Positions 26,612-37,127 of a stretch of DNA of 49,107 nt are shown one piece after another. Source of the DNA: a virus (Duplodnaviria; Heunggongvirae; Uroviricota; Caudoviricetes); IMG/VR virus record IMGVR_UViG_2563366861_000002. One strand, written 5' to 3'. The position numbers and the translations under genes are program-made. The notes under the pieces are model-generated. The model was not told the origin of the DNA. It ran no database searches and worked only from the letters and a program-made list of their open reading frames with translations. Within the stretch, counting starts at the first letter, position 1. The number at the start of each line of letters is the position of its first letter.

Positions 26612-28200
26612 AACGAACGCCTGTCCTGATTGATGTGAACGGCGTTCCGCTTCGTGAGAGTCTCAGCTACAACGGGGGCGGCGCAGGATTTGGCGGGCAA
26701 ATGGCGGAGTGGTTGCCACCGGCGCAGAGTGCCGATGCGGCCCTGCTACCCGCGTTGCGTCTGGGGAATGCCCGGGCAGATGATCTGGTGCGCAATAACG
26801 GAATAGCGGCTAATGCGGTGGCTCTGCATAAGGATCACATTGTCGGGCATATGTTTCTGATCAGCTACCGTCCGAACTGGCGCTGGCTGGGGATGCGGGA
26901 GACCGCAGCAAAAAGCTTTGTCGATGAGGTGGAGGCGGCCTGGTCGGAATACGCCGAAGGGATGTTTGGTGAGATCGACGTGGAAGGAAAACGCACGTTC
27001 ACGGAATTTATCCGTGAAGGTGTGGGCGTTCATGCGTTTAACGGCGAAATCTTTGTGCAGCCGGTCTGGGATACGGAAACCACGCAGTTATTCCGTACGC
27101 GTTTTAAAGCCGTGAGTCCGAAACGGGTGGACACGCCTGGACACGGTATGGGGAACCGTTTTCTGCGGGCCGGTGTGGAGGTCGATCGATATGGCCGTGC
27201 CGTCGCGTACCATATTTGTGAGGACGATTTTCCGTTCTCTGGTAGTGGACGATGGGAACGGATCCCGCGTGAACTTCCCACCGGGCGTCCGGCCATGCTG
27301 CATATTTTCGAGCCGGTGGAGGACGGGCAGACCCGTGGGGCTAATCAGTTTTACAGCGTCATGGAACGGCTGAAGATGCTCGATTCCCTGCAGGCAACAC
27401 AGCTTCAGTCGGCCATAGTGAAGGCGATGTATGCAGCGACGATTGAAAGTGAACTTGATACCGAAAAGGCCTTTGAATATATCGCCGGTGCGCCGCAGGG
27501 GCAGAAGGATAATCCGCTTATTAATATTCTGGATAAGTTCTCCACCTGGTATGACACGAATCACGTGACGCTGGGCGGTGTCAAAATTCCGCACCTTTTC
27601 CCCGGTGATGATCTGAAACTTCAGACCGCGCAGGATTCAGACAATGGATTTTCGGCGCTTGAACAGGCGCTGCTGCGGTATATCGCCGCCGGTCTTGGCG
27701 TTTCCTACGAACAGTTGTCCCGTGATTACTCGAAGGTCAGTTATTCAAGTGCCCGCGCCTCCGCCAATGAGTCGTGGCGCTATTTTATGGGGCGGCGAAA
27801 ATTTATTGCGTCCCGGCTGGCCACGCAGATGTTTTCCTGCTGGCTGGAAGAGGCACTTCTTCGGGGGATTATTCGTCCGCCACGGGCACGTTTTGATTTT
27901 TATCAGGCGCGATCAGCCTGGTCACGGGCTGAGTGGATTGGAGCCGGAAGAATGGCCATTGACGGGCTCAAGGAGGTTCAGGAATCAGTGATGCGCATTG
28001 AGGCCGGACTGAGCACGTATGAGAAAGAGCTGGCGCTGATGGGCGAGGATTATCAGGACATTTTCCGCCAGCAGGTCAGGGAATCTGCAGAGCGGGAAAA
28101 AGCCGGACTCTCACGTCCGGTGTGGATAGCGCAGGCGTATCAGCAGCAGATAGCGGAGAGTCGCAGGCCGGAAGAGGAGACAACACCACGTGAGACGTAA
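26608..28200 (+). CDS. B: portal protein B
   Basis: 530 aa, lambda gpB-like in size and position. Confidence 0.9.
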   Translation: MKRTPVLIDVNGVPLRESLSYNGGGAGFGGQMAEWLPPAQSADAALLPALRLGNARADDLVRNNGIAANAVALHKDHIVGHMFLISYRPNWRWLGMRETAAKSFVDEVEAAWSEYAEGMFGEIDVEGKRTFTEFIREGVGVHAFNGEIFVQPVWDTETTQLFRTRFKAVSPKRVDTPGHGMGNRFLRAGVEVDRYGRAVAYHICEDDFPFSGSGRWERIPRELPTGRPAMLHIFEPVEDGQTRGANQFYSVMERLKMLDSLQATQLQSAIVKAMYAATIESELDTEKAFEYIAGAPQGQKDNPLINILDKFSTWYDTNHVTLGGVKIPHLFPGDDLKLQTAQDSDNGFSALEQALLRYIAAGLGVSYEQLSRDYSKVSYSSARASANESWRYFMGRRKFIASRLATQMFSCWLEEALLRGIIRPPRARFDFYQARSAWSRAEWIGAGRMAIDGLKEVQESVMRIEAGLSTYEKELALMGEDYQDIFRQQVRESAEREKAGLSRPVWIAQAYQQQIAESRRPEEETTPRET

Positions 28201-29695
28201 TCTTTCACACATTATTGCCGCAGCATTCAATGAACCGCTGCTTCTGGAGCCCGCCTATGCGCGGGTTTTCTTTTGCGCGCTCGGGCGCGAGATGGGGGCA
28301 GCAAGTCTTTCGGTACCACAACAGCAGGTACAGCTTGATGCTCCCGGAATGCTGGCTGAAACGGACGAGTACATGGCCGGAGGTAAACGACCGGCCCGTG
28401 TTTACCGGGTGGTGAACGGTATTGCGGTACTGCCGGTGAGCGGCACGCTGGTGCACCGGCTGGGGGGGATGCGGCCATTTTCCGGAATGACTGGCTATGA
28501 CGGCATTGTCGCCTGTCTTCAGCAGGCAATGGCAGATAGCCAGGTGCGGGGCATACTGCTGGACATTGACAGTCCGGGCGGGCAGGCCGCCGGCGCGTTT
28601 GACTGCGCTGACATGATTTACCGCCTCCGTCAGCAGAAGCCGGTCTGGGCACTGTGCAATGACACGGCCTGTTCTGCAGCCATGCTGCTGGCGTCGGCCT
28701 GCTCCCGACGGCTGGTTACCCAGACATCCCGTATCGGCTCCATTGGCGTGATGATGAGCCATGTCAGCTATGCCGGTCATCTGGCGCAGGCCGGTGTGGA
28801 TATCACGCTGATTTATGCCGGGGCGCACAAGGTGGATGGCAATCAGTTTGAAGCGTTGCCGGCAGAGGTTCGCCAGGATATGCAGCAGCGGATTGATGCG
28901 GCGCACCGGATGTTTGCCGAAAAAGTGGCGATGTATACCGGGTTGTCTGTGGATGCGGTCACGGGAACAGAGGCCGCCGTTTTTGAAGGTCAGTCCGGCA
29001 TTGAGGCCGGGCTGGCGGATGAATTAATCAATGCGTCGGATGCCATCAGTGTGATGGCCACGGCGCTGAACAGTAATGTCAGAGGAGGCACTATGCCGCA
29101 ATTAACTGCAACGGAAGCCGCCGTGCAGGAGAACCAGCGAGTGATGGGGATCCTGACATGCCAGGAAGCGAAAGGACGTGAACAGCTTGCCACGATGCTG
29201 GCAGGGCAACAGGGCATGAGCGTTGAACAGGCCCGGGCGATTCTGGCCGCGGCGGCACCGCAGCAGCCGGTGGCATCCGCGCAGAGTGAAGCCGATCGCA
29301 TTATGGCGTGTGAAGAAGCGAACGGTCGTGAACAACTGGCAGTAACGCTGGCGGCGATGCCGGAGATGACGGTGGAAAAAGCCCGCCCGATCCTGGCTGC
29401 TTCACCGCAGGCGAATGCCGGACCATCACTCCGTGATCAGATCATGGCCCTGGATGAGGCAAAAGGGGCTGAGGCGCAGGCTGAACAGCTGGCTGCCTGC
29501 CCGGGAATGACCGTGGAGAGCGCCCGGGCTGTGCTGGCTGCGGGATCAGGTAAGGCAGAACCGGTCTCTGCATCCACAACCGCCCTGTTTGAACATTTCA
29601 TGGCGAACCATTCACCGGCTGCGGTCCAGGGGGGCGTGTCACAGGCGTCAGAAGACGGTGATGCGGACGTGAAAATGCTCATGGCCATGCCATGA
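28190..29695 (+). CDS. C: head maturation protease C with C-terminal Nu3-like scaffold repeats
   Basis: 501 aa; ClpP/S49-like core (GIAVLPVSGTL...) as in lambda gpC; C-terminal three ~35-aa tandem repeats. Confidence 0.85.
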   Translation: MRRNLSHIIAAAFNEPLLLEPAYARVFFCALGREMGAASLSVPQQQVQLDAPGMLAETDEYMAGGKRPARVYRVVNGIAVLPVSGTLVHRLGGMRPFSGMTGYDGIVACLQQAMADSQVRGILLDIDSPGGQAAGAFDCADMIYRLRQQKPVWALCNDTACSAAMLLASACSRRLVTQTSRIGSIGVMMSHVSYAGHLAQAGVDITLIYAGAHKVDGNQFEALPAEVRQDMQQRIDAAHRMFAEKVAMYTGLSVDAVTGTEAAVFEGQSGIEAGLADELINASDAISVMATALNSNVRGGTMPQLTATEAAVQENQRVMGILTCQEAKGREQLATMLAGQQGMSVEQARAILAAAAPQQPVASAQSEADRIMACEEANGREQLAVTLAAMPEMTVEKARPILAASPQANAGPSLRDQIMALDEAKGAEAQAEQLAACPGMTVESARAVLAAGSGKAEPVSASTTALFEHFMANHSPAAVQGGVSQASEDGDADVKMLMAMP

Positions 29696-29731
29696 AGTCA
29701 GTGCTGAACATCAATACGAGGTTTTAACAAT

Positions 29732-30079
29732 ATGGTGACGAAAACCATCACTGAACAGCGTGCGGAAGTACGTATTTTTGCCGGTAATGATCCGGCTCAC
29801 ACCGCCACAGGCAGCAGCGGGATTTCCTCGGCAACACCGGCACTGACACCCCTGATGCTGGATGGGGCCACCGGGAAACTGGTGGTCTGGGACGGACAGA
29901 AAGCCGGTAGTGCGGTTGGCATACTGGTACTGCCGCTTGAAGGCACAGAGGCGGTGCTGACCTATTACAAGTCGGGGACCTTTGCGACGGAGGCAATCCG
30001 CTGGCCTGAAAGTGTGGATGAACACAAAAAGGCCAACGCCTTTACCGGCAGTGCCCTGAGTCACGCGGCGCTGCCGTAA
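29732..30079 (+). CDS. D: head decoration protein D
   Basis: 115 aa; DPAHTAT...PLMLD...VGIL...YKSGTF matches lambda gpD. Confidence 0.85.
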   Translation: MVTKTITEQRAEVRIFAGNDPAHTATGSSGISSATPALTPLMLDGATGKLVVWDGQKAGSAVGILVLPLEGTEAVLTYYKSGTFATEAIRWPESVDEHKKANAFTGSALSHAALP

Positions 30080-30136
30080 CACGTTATCAGGCCACCGCGT
30101 TGGCCTGACTGATTTCTTAATGAAAGGAACTGATTT

Positions 30137-31165
30137 ATGGGATTGTTTACGACCCGCCAGTTACTCGGTTATACCGAACAAAAAGTTAAATTCCGTGCGC
30201 TGTTTCTGGAGCTGTTTTTCCGCCGTACGGTGAATTTCCACACCGAAGAGGTGATGCTGGACAAAATTACCGGAAAAACGCCGGTGGCGGCCTATGTCTC
30301 CCCGATCGTTGAAGGAAAAGTGCTTCGCCATCGCGGTGGTGAAACCCGCGTGTTACGTCCGGGCTACGTCAAGCCCAAACACGAATTTAATTACCAGCAG
30401 GCGGTTGAGCGCCTTCCTGGTGAAGATCCGGCTCAGCTGAACGACCCGGCCTACCGTCGTCTGCGTATCATTACCGATAACCTCAAACAGGAAGAGCACG
30501 CCATTGTCCAGGTGGAAGAAATGCAGGCGGTGAATGCCGTGCTGTATGGCAAATACACCATGGAAGGGGAACAGTTTGACACGGTCGAGGTGGATTTCGG
30601 ACGCTCTGAAGGAAATAACATTGAGCAGGCCGACGGTAAAAAATGGTCTGAGCAGGACCGTGATACGTTTGATCCGACGCATGATATTGACCTTTACTGC
30701 GATCAGGCCAGCGGTCTTGTAAATATTGCCATTATGGACGGTACGGTCTGGCGTCTGCTGAATGGCTTTAAGCTGTTCCGCGAAAAACTGGATACCCGTC
30801 GCGGCTCAAATTCACAACTCGAAACGGCAGTGAAAGACCTGGGAGCGGTGGTGTCTTTCAAAGGGTATTACGGTGATCTGGCCATTGTGGTGGCGAAAAC
30901 GTCTTATGTGGCAGACGACGGTACCGAAAAACGTTATCTGCCGGTGGGCACACTGGTCCTGGGGAATACGGCAGCAGAGGGCATTCGTTGCTATGGTGCC
31001 ATTCAGGATGCGCAGGCGTTGTCCGAAGGTGTGGTGGCCTCTTCCCGTTATCCGAAACACTGGCTGACTGTGGGCGATCCGGCCCGTGAATTCACCATGA
31101 CGCAGTCCGCACCGCTGATGGTGCTGCCGGATCCGGATGAGTTTGTGGTGGTGCAGGTGAAATAA
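30137..31165 (+). CDS. E: major capsid protein E
   Basis: 342 aa; strong identity to lambda gpE (YVSPIV, GYVKPKHE, TRRGSNS.LETAVKDLG, GDPAREFTM.QSAPLM). Confidence 0.9.
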   Translation: MGLFTTRQLLGYTEQKVKFRALFLELFFRRTVNFHTEEVMLDKITGKTPVAAYVSPIVEGKVLRHRGGETRVLRPGYVKPKHEFNYQQAVERLPGEDPAQLNDPAYRRLRIITDNLKQEEHAIVQVEEMQAVNAVLYGKYTMEGEQFDTVEVDFGRSEGNNIEQADGKKWSEQDRDTFDPTHDIDLYCDQASGLVNIAIMDGTVWRLLNGFKLFREKLDTRRGSNSQLETAVKDLGAVVSFKGYYGDLAIVVAKTSYVADDGTEKRYLPVGTLVLGNTAAEGIRCYGAIQDAQALSEGVVASSRYPKHWLTVGDPAREFTMTQSAPLMVLPDPDEFVVVQVK

Positions 31166-31216
31166 TCCGTGAGCGGGGGCGAAATGCCCCCGTGTCTTTT
31201 TTCACAGGAGGCTGAG

Positions 31217-31600
31217 ATGGCAACAAAAGAAGAAAATCTGAATCGTCTTCGTCAACTGGCTGGCCTGCTGGGGCGCGAGGCGGATATGTCGGGGAGTGCT
31301 GCGGATATTGCGCAACGTGTGTCTGAGTGGGAAGAGGAGCTTGCTGTTTCCCCGGAGGGCATTATGCACTCTGATGAGAGCGGGGCTGATCAAAATCACA
31401 CAGACGATGGTGAGCAGTTGAACAACACGGATGCTCCGGATGATGTTAAAGCCGTCCGGGTACGGAAGTGCCTGCAAGTAATGGGGTATTGCCCGGAGAC
31501 AGGTCGTCCCGTTGAGCTGGCGTTACGGGGTATGCGTGTTCTGGTGCCATCATCACTGGCAACGGCCATGATACAGCACGGAACGGCTGAATATGCGTGA
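31217..31600 (+). CDS. FI: DNA packaging protein FI
   Basis: Internal ATG with AGGAGG RBS; acidic 127-aa protein at FI position. Confidence 0.7.
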   Translation: MATKEENLNRLRQLAGLLGREADMSGSAADIAQRVSEWEEELAVSPEGIMHSDESGADQNHTDDGEQLNNTDAPDDVKAVRVRKCLQVMGYCPETGRPVELALRGMRVLVPSSLATAMIQHGTAEYA

Positions 31601-31946
31601 TTTTCAGAATGCCTTTGATGCTGCCCTCGCCGGGGTAGACAGTACGATCGTTGAAGTGATGGGACTCTGTGCGCAGTTCACCTCGGGGGCACAGTGTGGC
31701 AGCGAAGTTCAGGGGGTTTTTGACGATCCGGAGTCGCTGGGGGTTGCCGGTGGCGGGGTCCGTATTGAAGGAAGCTGCCCGTCATTATTTGTGCGGACGG
31801 ATACGGTTCGTGCCGTGCGGCGTGGTGACACGCTGACCATTAATGGTGAGACATTCTGGGTGGATCGTGTTTCTCCGGATGACGGGGGCAGCTGTTATCT
31901 CTGGCTCAACCGTGGGCAACCACCCGCAGTTAACCGGCGACGATAA
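31593..31946 (+). CDS. FII: head-tail joining protein FII
   Basis: 117 aa; C-terminal GDTLTI..E.FWVDRVSPDDGGSC.LWL.RG.PPAVNRRR matches lambda FII. Confidence 0.85.
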   Translation: MRDFQNAFDAALAGVDSTIVEVMGLCAQFTSGAQCGSEVQGVFDDPESLGVAGGGVRIEGSCPSLFVRTDTVRAVRRGDTLTINGETFWVDRVSPDDGGSCYLWLNRGQPPAVNRRR

Positions 31947-31960
31947 ACGCAGGGTGAATT

Positions 31961-32536
31961 ATGGCGATAAAAGGGCTTGATCAGGCGATTGACAATCTGA
32001 GCCGGGTTCGTAAAAACGCCATTCCGGCTGCTTCTGCAATGACCATTAACCGCGTGGCCATAACGGCGATTAATCAGTCTTCGTCACAGGTTGCCCGGGA
32101 AACCAGGGTGAGACGGAAACTGGTAAAGGAACGGTCCAGACTGAAACGGGCGACGGTCAGAAATCCGAATGCCAGAATTATCGTTAACCGCGGTGATCTC
32201 CCTGTGATTAAGCTGGGGATCAGAATGCTGGGGCGTCGTCCGAACAGCATACTCAAAGCCGGTCAGCATCGTTATCAGCGGGCATTTATCCAGCGATTAA
32301 ATAATGGGCGCTGGCATGTTATGCAACGTCTTCCCCAGGCCAGATATGAGGAGGGCAATGACGACAAGGGAAGGAAAAAGCGTAATCGCCTTCCCATTCA
32401 GGTGGTGAAAATCCCGATGGCGGCCCCACTGAAACAGGCATTTGATGAGAATGTTGACCGTATCCGGCGTGAACGCCTGCCTAAAGAACTGGCATACGCG
32501 CTGAAACAACAACTGAGGATTGCGATAAAACGATGA
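31961..32536 (+). CDS. Z: minor tail protein Z
   Basis: 191 aa; MAIKGL.QA..NLSR...INRVA...QVARET.VRRKLVKER.RLKRATV matches lambda gpZ. Confidence 0.85.
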   Translation: MAIKGLDQAIDNLSRVRKNAIPAASAMTINRVAITAINQSSSQVARETRVRRKLVKERSRLKRATVRNPNARIIVNRGDLPVIKLGIRMLGRRPNSILKAGQHRYQRAFIQRLNNGRWHVMQRLPQARYEEGNDDKGRKKRNRLPIQVVKIPMAAPLKQAFDENVDRIRRERLPKELAYALKQQLRIAIKR

Positions 32537-32928
32537 AAAACACTGACATTCGTGCCGCAGTGCTGGATGCACTCGAGCAGCATGAACACGGGGCGACGCT
32601 GTTTGATGGTCGCCCCGTTGTTTTTGACGAAGAGGATTTTCCTGCGATCGCGGTTTATCTGACGGATGCAGAGTATACCGGTGAAGAGCTGGATGCAGAT
32701 ACCTGGCGGGCCACGCTGCATATTGAGGTGTTTTTACCGGCACAGGTACCGGATTCAGAGCTTGATCAGTGGATGGAAAGCCGGATTTACCCGGCGATGA
32801 CCGCGATCCCGGCACTGGCAGGACTGATTACCACGATGGTTACGCAGGGCTATGAGTATCGTCGTGATGACGATATGGCGTTATGGAGTTCTGCAGATCT
32901 GACTTATTCCATTACATACGAGATGTGA
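32533..32928 (+). CDS. U: tail terminator protein U
   Basis: 131 aa; near-collinear with lambda gpU ([26 protein letters not shown]). Confidence 0.85.
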   Translation: MKNTDIRAAVLDALEQHEHGATLFDGRPVVFDEEDFPAIAVYLTDAEYTGEELDADTWRATLHIEVFLPAQVPDSELDQWMESRIYPAMTAIPALAGLITTMVTQGYEYRRDDDMALWSSADLTYSITYEM

Positions 32929-32935
32929 GGACGAT

Positions 32936-33688
32936 ATGGCAACACCAAATCCCCTTGAGCCGGTAAAAGGTGCCGGTACCACTCTGTGGGTTTACAACGG
33001 CAAGGGTGATGCTTATGCAAACCCGTTGTCAGACGATGACTGGCAGCGACTGGCTAAGGTGAAGGATCTGACGCCGGGCGAGATGACGGCAGAATCCTAC
33101 GATGATAACTACCTGGATGATGAAGACGCGGACTGGACCGCGACCGGGCAGGGGCAGAAATCTGCAGGTGATACCAGTTTTACGCTGGCCTGGAAACCGG
33201 GAGAGGAAGGCCAGAAAGGGCTTATAGGCTGGTTTGAAAGCGGCGATGTCCGGGCCTATAAAATCCGTTTTCCGAATGGCACGGTGGATGTGTTTCGTGG
33301 CTGGGTCAGCAGTATCGGTAAGGCCGTGACGGCGAAAGAAGTGATCACCCGCACGGTGAAAGTCACTAACGTGGGTAAACCTTCTGTAGCGGAAGAACGC
33401 AGCAAAATTACGCCGGTCAGTGCGATTAAGGTGACGCCGACATCCGGTACGGTGGCAAAAGGGAAAACAACCACCCTGACGGTTTCTTTTGAGCCGGAAA
33501 GTGCAACCGACAAGACGTTCAGAGCGGTTTCCGCCGATCCGTCGAAAGCCACCATTAGTGTGAAAGATATGACAATTACGGTAAACGGCGTGGCGACAGG
33601 TAAGGTGCAGATCCCTGTGGTGAGCGGAAATGGTCAGTTCGCCGCAGTGGCTGAAGTCACCGTTACTGAAGCGGGCGCTGCAGGGTAA
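32936..33688 (+). CDS. V: major tail tube protein V
   Basis: 250 aa; very similar to lambda gpV ([70 protein letters not shown]). Confidence 0.9.
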   Translation: MATPNPLEPVKGAGTTLWVYNGKGDAYANPLSDDDWQRLAKVKDLTPGEMTAESYDDNYLDDEDADWTATGQGQKSAGDTSFTLAWKPGEEGQKGLIGWFESGDVRAYKIRFPNGTVDVFRGWVSSIGKAVTAKEVITRTVKVTNVGKPSVAEERSKITPVSAIKVTPTSGTVAKGKTTTLTVSFEPESATDKTFRAVSADPSKATISVKDMTITVNGVATGKVQIPVVSGNGQFAAVAEVTVTEAGAAG

Positions 33689-33701
33689 ACGGAGGTAATA
33701 C

Positions 33702-34133
33702 ATGTTTCTGAAAACAGAACAATTTGAATATAACGGTGTGTCTGTCACGCTTTCCGAATTGTCTGCGCTGCAGCGTATCGAGCATCTTGCCCTCCTGAAA
33801 CGGCGTGCAGAACAGGCAGAATCCTGCGGCAACCTGCAGGTTAGCGTGGAAGATCTCGTCAGAACCGGCGCGTTTCTGGTGGCGATGTCCCTGTGGCATA
33901 ACCATCCACAGAAAACGCAGTCACCGTCAATGAATGAGGCCGTGATGAAGATAGAGCAGGAAGTGCTCACCACCTGGCCTGCCGATGCCATTGCCCGGGC
34001 GGAAGACGTGGTGTTGTGCCTGTCCGGGATGATCGAAGCTGTTCGTCCGGATACTGATATTACTGAAGTGGCGAAAAATAACACGCTGACTGATGATGAT
34101 TTTTCTGCGGGAAAGTCTTCGACGGCGAGCTGA
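33702..34133 (+). CDS. G: tail assembly chaperone G
   Basis: 143 aa; MFLKTE.FE.NGV.VTLSELSALQRIEHLAL.KR.AEQAES matches lambda gpG. Confidence 0.85.
   Translation: MFLKTEQFEYNGVSVTLSELSALQRIEHLALLKRRAEQAESCGNLQVSVEDLVRTGAFLVAMSLWHNHPQKTQSPSMNEAVMKIEQEVLTTWPADAIARAEDVVLCLSGMIEAVRPDTDITEVAKNNTLTDDDFSAGKSSTAS
34109..34115 (+). promoter_or_regulatory. programmed -1 ribosomal frameshift slippery heptamer (G-T fusion)
   Basis: GGGAAAG in G frame as gcG GGA AAG, same heptamer as lambda G/T; T ORF (34160-34573) is in the -1 frame. Confidence 0.6.
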
Positions 34134-34159
34134 ACTTTGCCCTCAGACTGGCGCGTGAG

Positions 34160-34573
34160 ATGGGGAGACCCGACTGGCGCGCCATGCTTGCCGGGATGAC
34201 ATCCACCGAATATGCCGACTGGCACCGTTTTTACCGCACGCATTATTTTCAGGATACCCAGCTGGATATGCATTTTTCCGGGCTGACGTACGCTGTACTC
34301 AGCCTGTTTTTTTGCGATCCGGATATGCATCCCTCTGATTTCAGTCTGCTTGTCCCCCGGCATGAGGAAGAGCAGGTGGAGAGGCCGGATGAGGACAAAA
34401 TGCTGATGCAGAAAGCGGCAGGACTTGCCGGAGGCGTCCGGTTCGGTGGGGACGGAGGGCGCGATATTTTATCGTCTGCGGATGTGGCGGATGTCATGGT
34501 GGATGATGCCGCATTAATGATGGCTTCAGCGGGGATTCCGGGAGGTGTGAGATATGTCCCAGCCGGTTGGTGA
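34160..34573 (+). CDS. T: tail assembly protein T (expressed as G-T fusion via -1 frameshift)
   Basis: 137-aa ORF in -1 frame relative to G, directly downstream of the slippery site. Confidence 0.75.
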   Translation: MGRPDWRAMLAGMTSTEYADWHRFYRTHYFQDTQLDMHFSGLTYAVLSLFFCDPDMHPSDFSLLVPRHEEEQVERPDEDKMLMQKAAGLAGGVRFGGDGGRDILSSADVADVMVDDAALMMASAGIPGGVRYVPAGW

Positions 34574-37127
34574 TCTTGTTATTGACCTGAGTCTGGATGC
34601 TGTCCGTTTCGATGAGCAGATGAGCCGGGTAAGGCGTCATTTTTCAGGTCTGGATACCGACGCCAGAAAAACCGCCAGTGCTGTTGAACAGGGCCTGAGC
34701 CGCCAGGCGCTGGCTGCACAAAAAGCCGGGATTTCCGTCGGGCAGTATAAAGCGGCCATGCGAACCCTGCCCGCACAGTTTACGGATATCGCCACGCAGC
34801 TTGCCGGTGGTCAGAATCCCTGGTTGATCCTGCTGCAACAGGGCGGTCAGGTGAAGGACTCCTTCGGCGGGATGATCCCCATGTTCAGGGGGCTTGCCGG
34901 TGCGATCACCCTGCCGATGGTCGGGGTCACCTCGCTGGCGGTGGCGACAGGTGCGCTGGCGTACGCCTGGTACCAGGGCGACGCCACGCTTTCAGAATTT
35001 AATAAAACGCTGGTCCTTTCCGGCAATCAGGCCGGACTGACTGCCGATCGTATGCTGACGCTCTCAAGAGCCGGGCAGGCAGCAGGGCTGACGTTTAACC
35101 AGGCGAGAGAGTCACTGGCAGCCCTGGTGAATGCCGGTGTGCGTGGTGGTGAACAGTTTGATGCCATCAACCAGAGTGTCGCGCGTTTTGCGTCTGCATC
35201 CGGTGTGGAGGTGGATAAAGTCGCTGAAGCCTTCGGGAAGCTGACCACTGACCCGACGTCGGGACTGATGGCGATGGCGCGCCAGTTCCGTAACGTGACG
35301 GCAGAGCAGATTGCGTATGTTGCACAGCTGCAGCGTTCCGGAGACGAGGCCGGGGCATTGCAGGCGGCGAACGATATCGCCACGAAAGGCTTTGATGAGC
35401 AGACCCGTCGCCTGAAAGAAAACATGGGAACACTGGAGACCTGGGCGGATAAAACAGGGAAGGCATTCAAATCGATGTGGGATGCCATTCTGGATATCGG
35501 TCGTCCGGAATCCTCAGCGGATATGCTCGCCAGTGCGCAGAAGGCATTTGATGAGGCGGATAAAAAATGGCAGTGGTACCAGAGCCGGAGCCAGCGCCGG
35601 GGAAAGACCTCCTCTTTTCGTGCGAACCTTCAGGGGGCATGGGATGACCGGGAAAATGCCCGTCTGGGTCTGGCAGCGGCCACGCTGCAGTCGGATATGG
35701 AAAAAGCCGGTGAACTGGCGGCAAGGGACAGGGCTGAGCGTGAGTCGTCACAGCTGAAGTATACCGGAGAGGCGCAGAAGGCGTATGAGCGCCTGCAGAC
35801 GCCGCTGGATAAATATACCGCCCGTCAGAAAGAGCTGAATAAGGCCCTGAAAGACGGAAAAATCCTGCAGGCGGATTACAACACGCTGATGGCGTCGGCA
35901 AAAAAGGATTATGAATCGACGCTGAAAAAGCCGTCAGGTGTGAAGGTGTCTGCCGGTGAGCGCCAGGAAGACCGGGCGCATGCAGCCCTGCTGGCGCTTG
36001 AAACCGAGCTCAGGACGCTGGAAAAACACAGCGGTGTGAATGAGAAAATCAGCCAGCAGCGCCGGGATTTATGGGAAGCGGAAAGTCAGTATGTGGTCCT
36101 GAAAGAGGCCGCCACGAAACGGCAGTTATCTGAGCAGGAAAAATCCCTGCTGGCTCATGAGAAAGAGACGCTGGAGTACAAACGCCAGCTGGCTGAGCTG
36201 GGAGACAAGATTGAACACCAGAAGCGGCTGAATGAGCTGGCACAGCAGGCGGCGCGGTTTGAACAGCAGCAAAGCGCGAAGCAGGCGGCAATCAGCGCAA
36301 AAGCCCGCGGCCTCACCGACCGTCAGGCGCAGCGGGAGTCGGAAGAGCAGCGCCTTCGTGAGGTGTACGGTGATAATCCGGCTGCGCTGGCGAAGGCCAC
36401 ATCGGCACTGAAGAACACCTGGTCTGCGGAGGAGCAGCTTCGTGGAAGCTGGATGGCCGGGATGAAGTCCGGCTGGGGAGAGTGGGCGGAAAGTGCGACG
36501 GACAGTTTTTCGCAGGTTAAAAGTGTGGCCACGCAGACCTTTGACGGTATTGCACAGAATATGGCGGCGATGCTGACCGGCAGCGAACAGAACTGGCGGG
36601 GATTCACCCGTTCCGTGCTGTCCATGATGACAGAAATTCTGCTTAAGCAGGCAATGGTGGGGATTGTCGGGAGTATCGGCAGCGCCATTGGCGGGGCTGT
36701 TGGTGGCGGCGCATCCGCGTCAGGCGGTACAGCCATTCAGGCCGCTGCGGCGAAATTCCATTTTGCAACCGGAGGATTTACGGGAACCGGCGGCAAATAT
36801 GAGCCAGCGGGGATTGTTCACCGTGGTGAATTTGTCTTCACAAAGGAGGCAACCAGCCGGATTGGCGTGGGGAATCTCTACCGGCTGATGCGCGGCTATG
36901 CCACCGGTGGTTATGTCGGTACACCGGGCAGTCTGGCTGACAGCCGGTCGCAGGCGTCCGGGACGTTTGAGCAGAATAACCATGTGGTGATTAACAACGA
37001 CGGCACGAACGGGCAGATAGGTCCGGCTGCTCTGAAGGCGGTGTATGACATGGCCCGCAAGGGTGCCCGTGATGAAATTCAGACACAGATGCGTGATGGT
37101 GGACTGTTCTCCGGAGGTGGACGATGA
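34554..37127 (+). CDS. H: tail tape-measure protein H
   Basis: 857 aa; position, size and coiled-coil-rich sequence as lambda gpH. Confidence 0.9.
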   Translation: MSQPVGDLVIDLSLDAVRFDEQMSRVRRHFSGLDTDARKTASAVEQGLSRQALAAQKAGISVGQYKAAMRTLPAQFTDIATQLAGGQNPWLILLQQGGQVKDSFGGMIPMFRGLAGAITLPMVGVTSLAVATGALAYAWYQGDATLSEFNKTLVLSGNQAGLTADRMLTLSRAGQAAGLTFNQARESLAALVNAGVRGGEQFDAINQSVARFASASGVEVDKVAEAFGKLTTDPTSGLMAMARQFRNVTAEQIAYVAQLQRSGDEAGALQAANDIATKGFDEQTRRLKENMGTLETWADKTGKAFKSMWDAILDIGRPESSADMLASAQKAFDEADKKWQWYQSRSQRRGKTSSFRANLQGAWDDRENARLGLAAATLQSDMEKAGELAARDRAERESSQLKYTGEAQKAYERLQTPLDKYTARQKELNKALKDGKILQADYNTLMASAKKDYESTLKKPSGVKVSAGERQEDRAHAALLALETELRTLEKHSGVNEKISQQRRDLWEAESQYVVLKEAATKRQLSEQEKSLLAHEKETLEYKRQLAELGDKIEHQKRLNELAQQAARFEQQQSAKQAAISAKARGLTDRQAQRESEEQRLREVYGDNPAALAKATSALKNTWSAEEQLRGSWMAGMKSGWGEWAESATDSFSQVKSVATQTFDGIAQNMAAMLTGSEQNWRGFTRSVLSMMTEILLKQAMVGIVGSIGSAIGGAVGGGASASGGTAIQAAAAKFHFATGGFTGTGGKYEPAGIVHRGEFVFTKEATSRIGVGNLYRLMRGYATGGYVGTPGSLADSRSQASGTFEQNNHVVINNDGTNGQIGPAALKAVYDMARKGARDEIQTQMRDGGLFSGGGR

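Noticed and set aside
28205-28906. 233-aa minus-strand ORF
   Set aside because: Antisense to head protease gene C.
33029-34363. 444-aa ORF on the minus strand
   Set aside because: Antisense to lambda-like V, G and T, which have clear homology; Arg/Cys-rich, typical of spurious antisense ORFs in GC-rich coding DNA.
35027-35901. Several 90-150-aa ORFs on the minus strand
   Set aside because: Embedded antisense within the tape-measure gene H; no RBS; compositionally biased.
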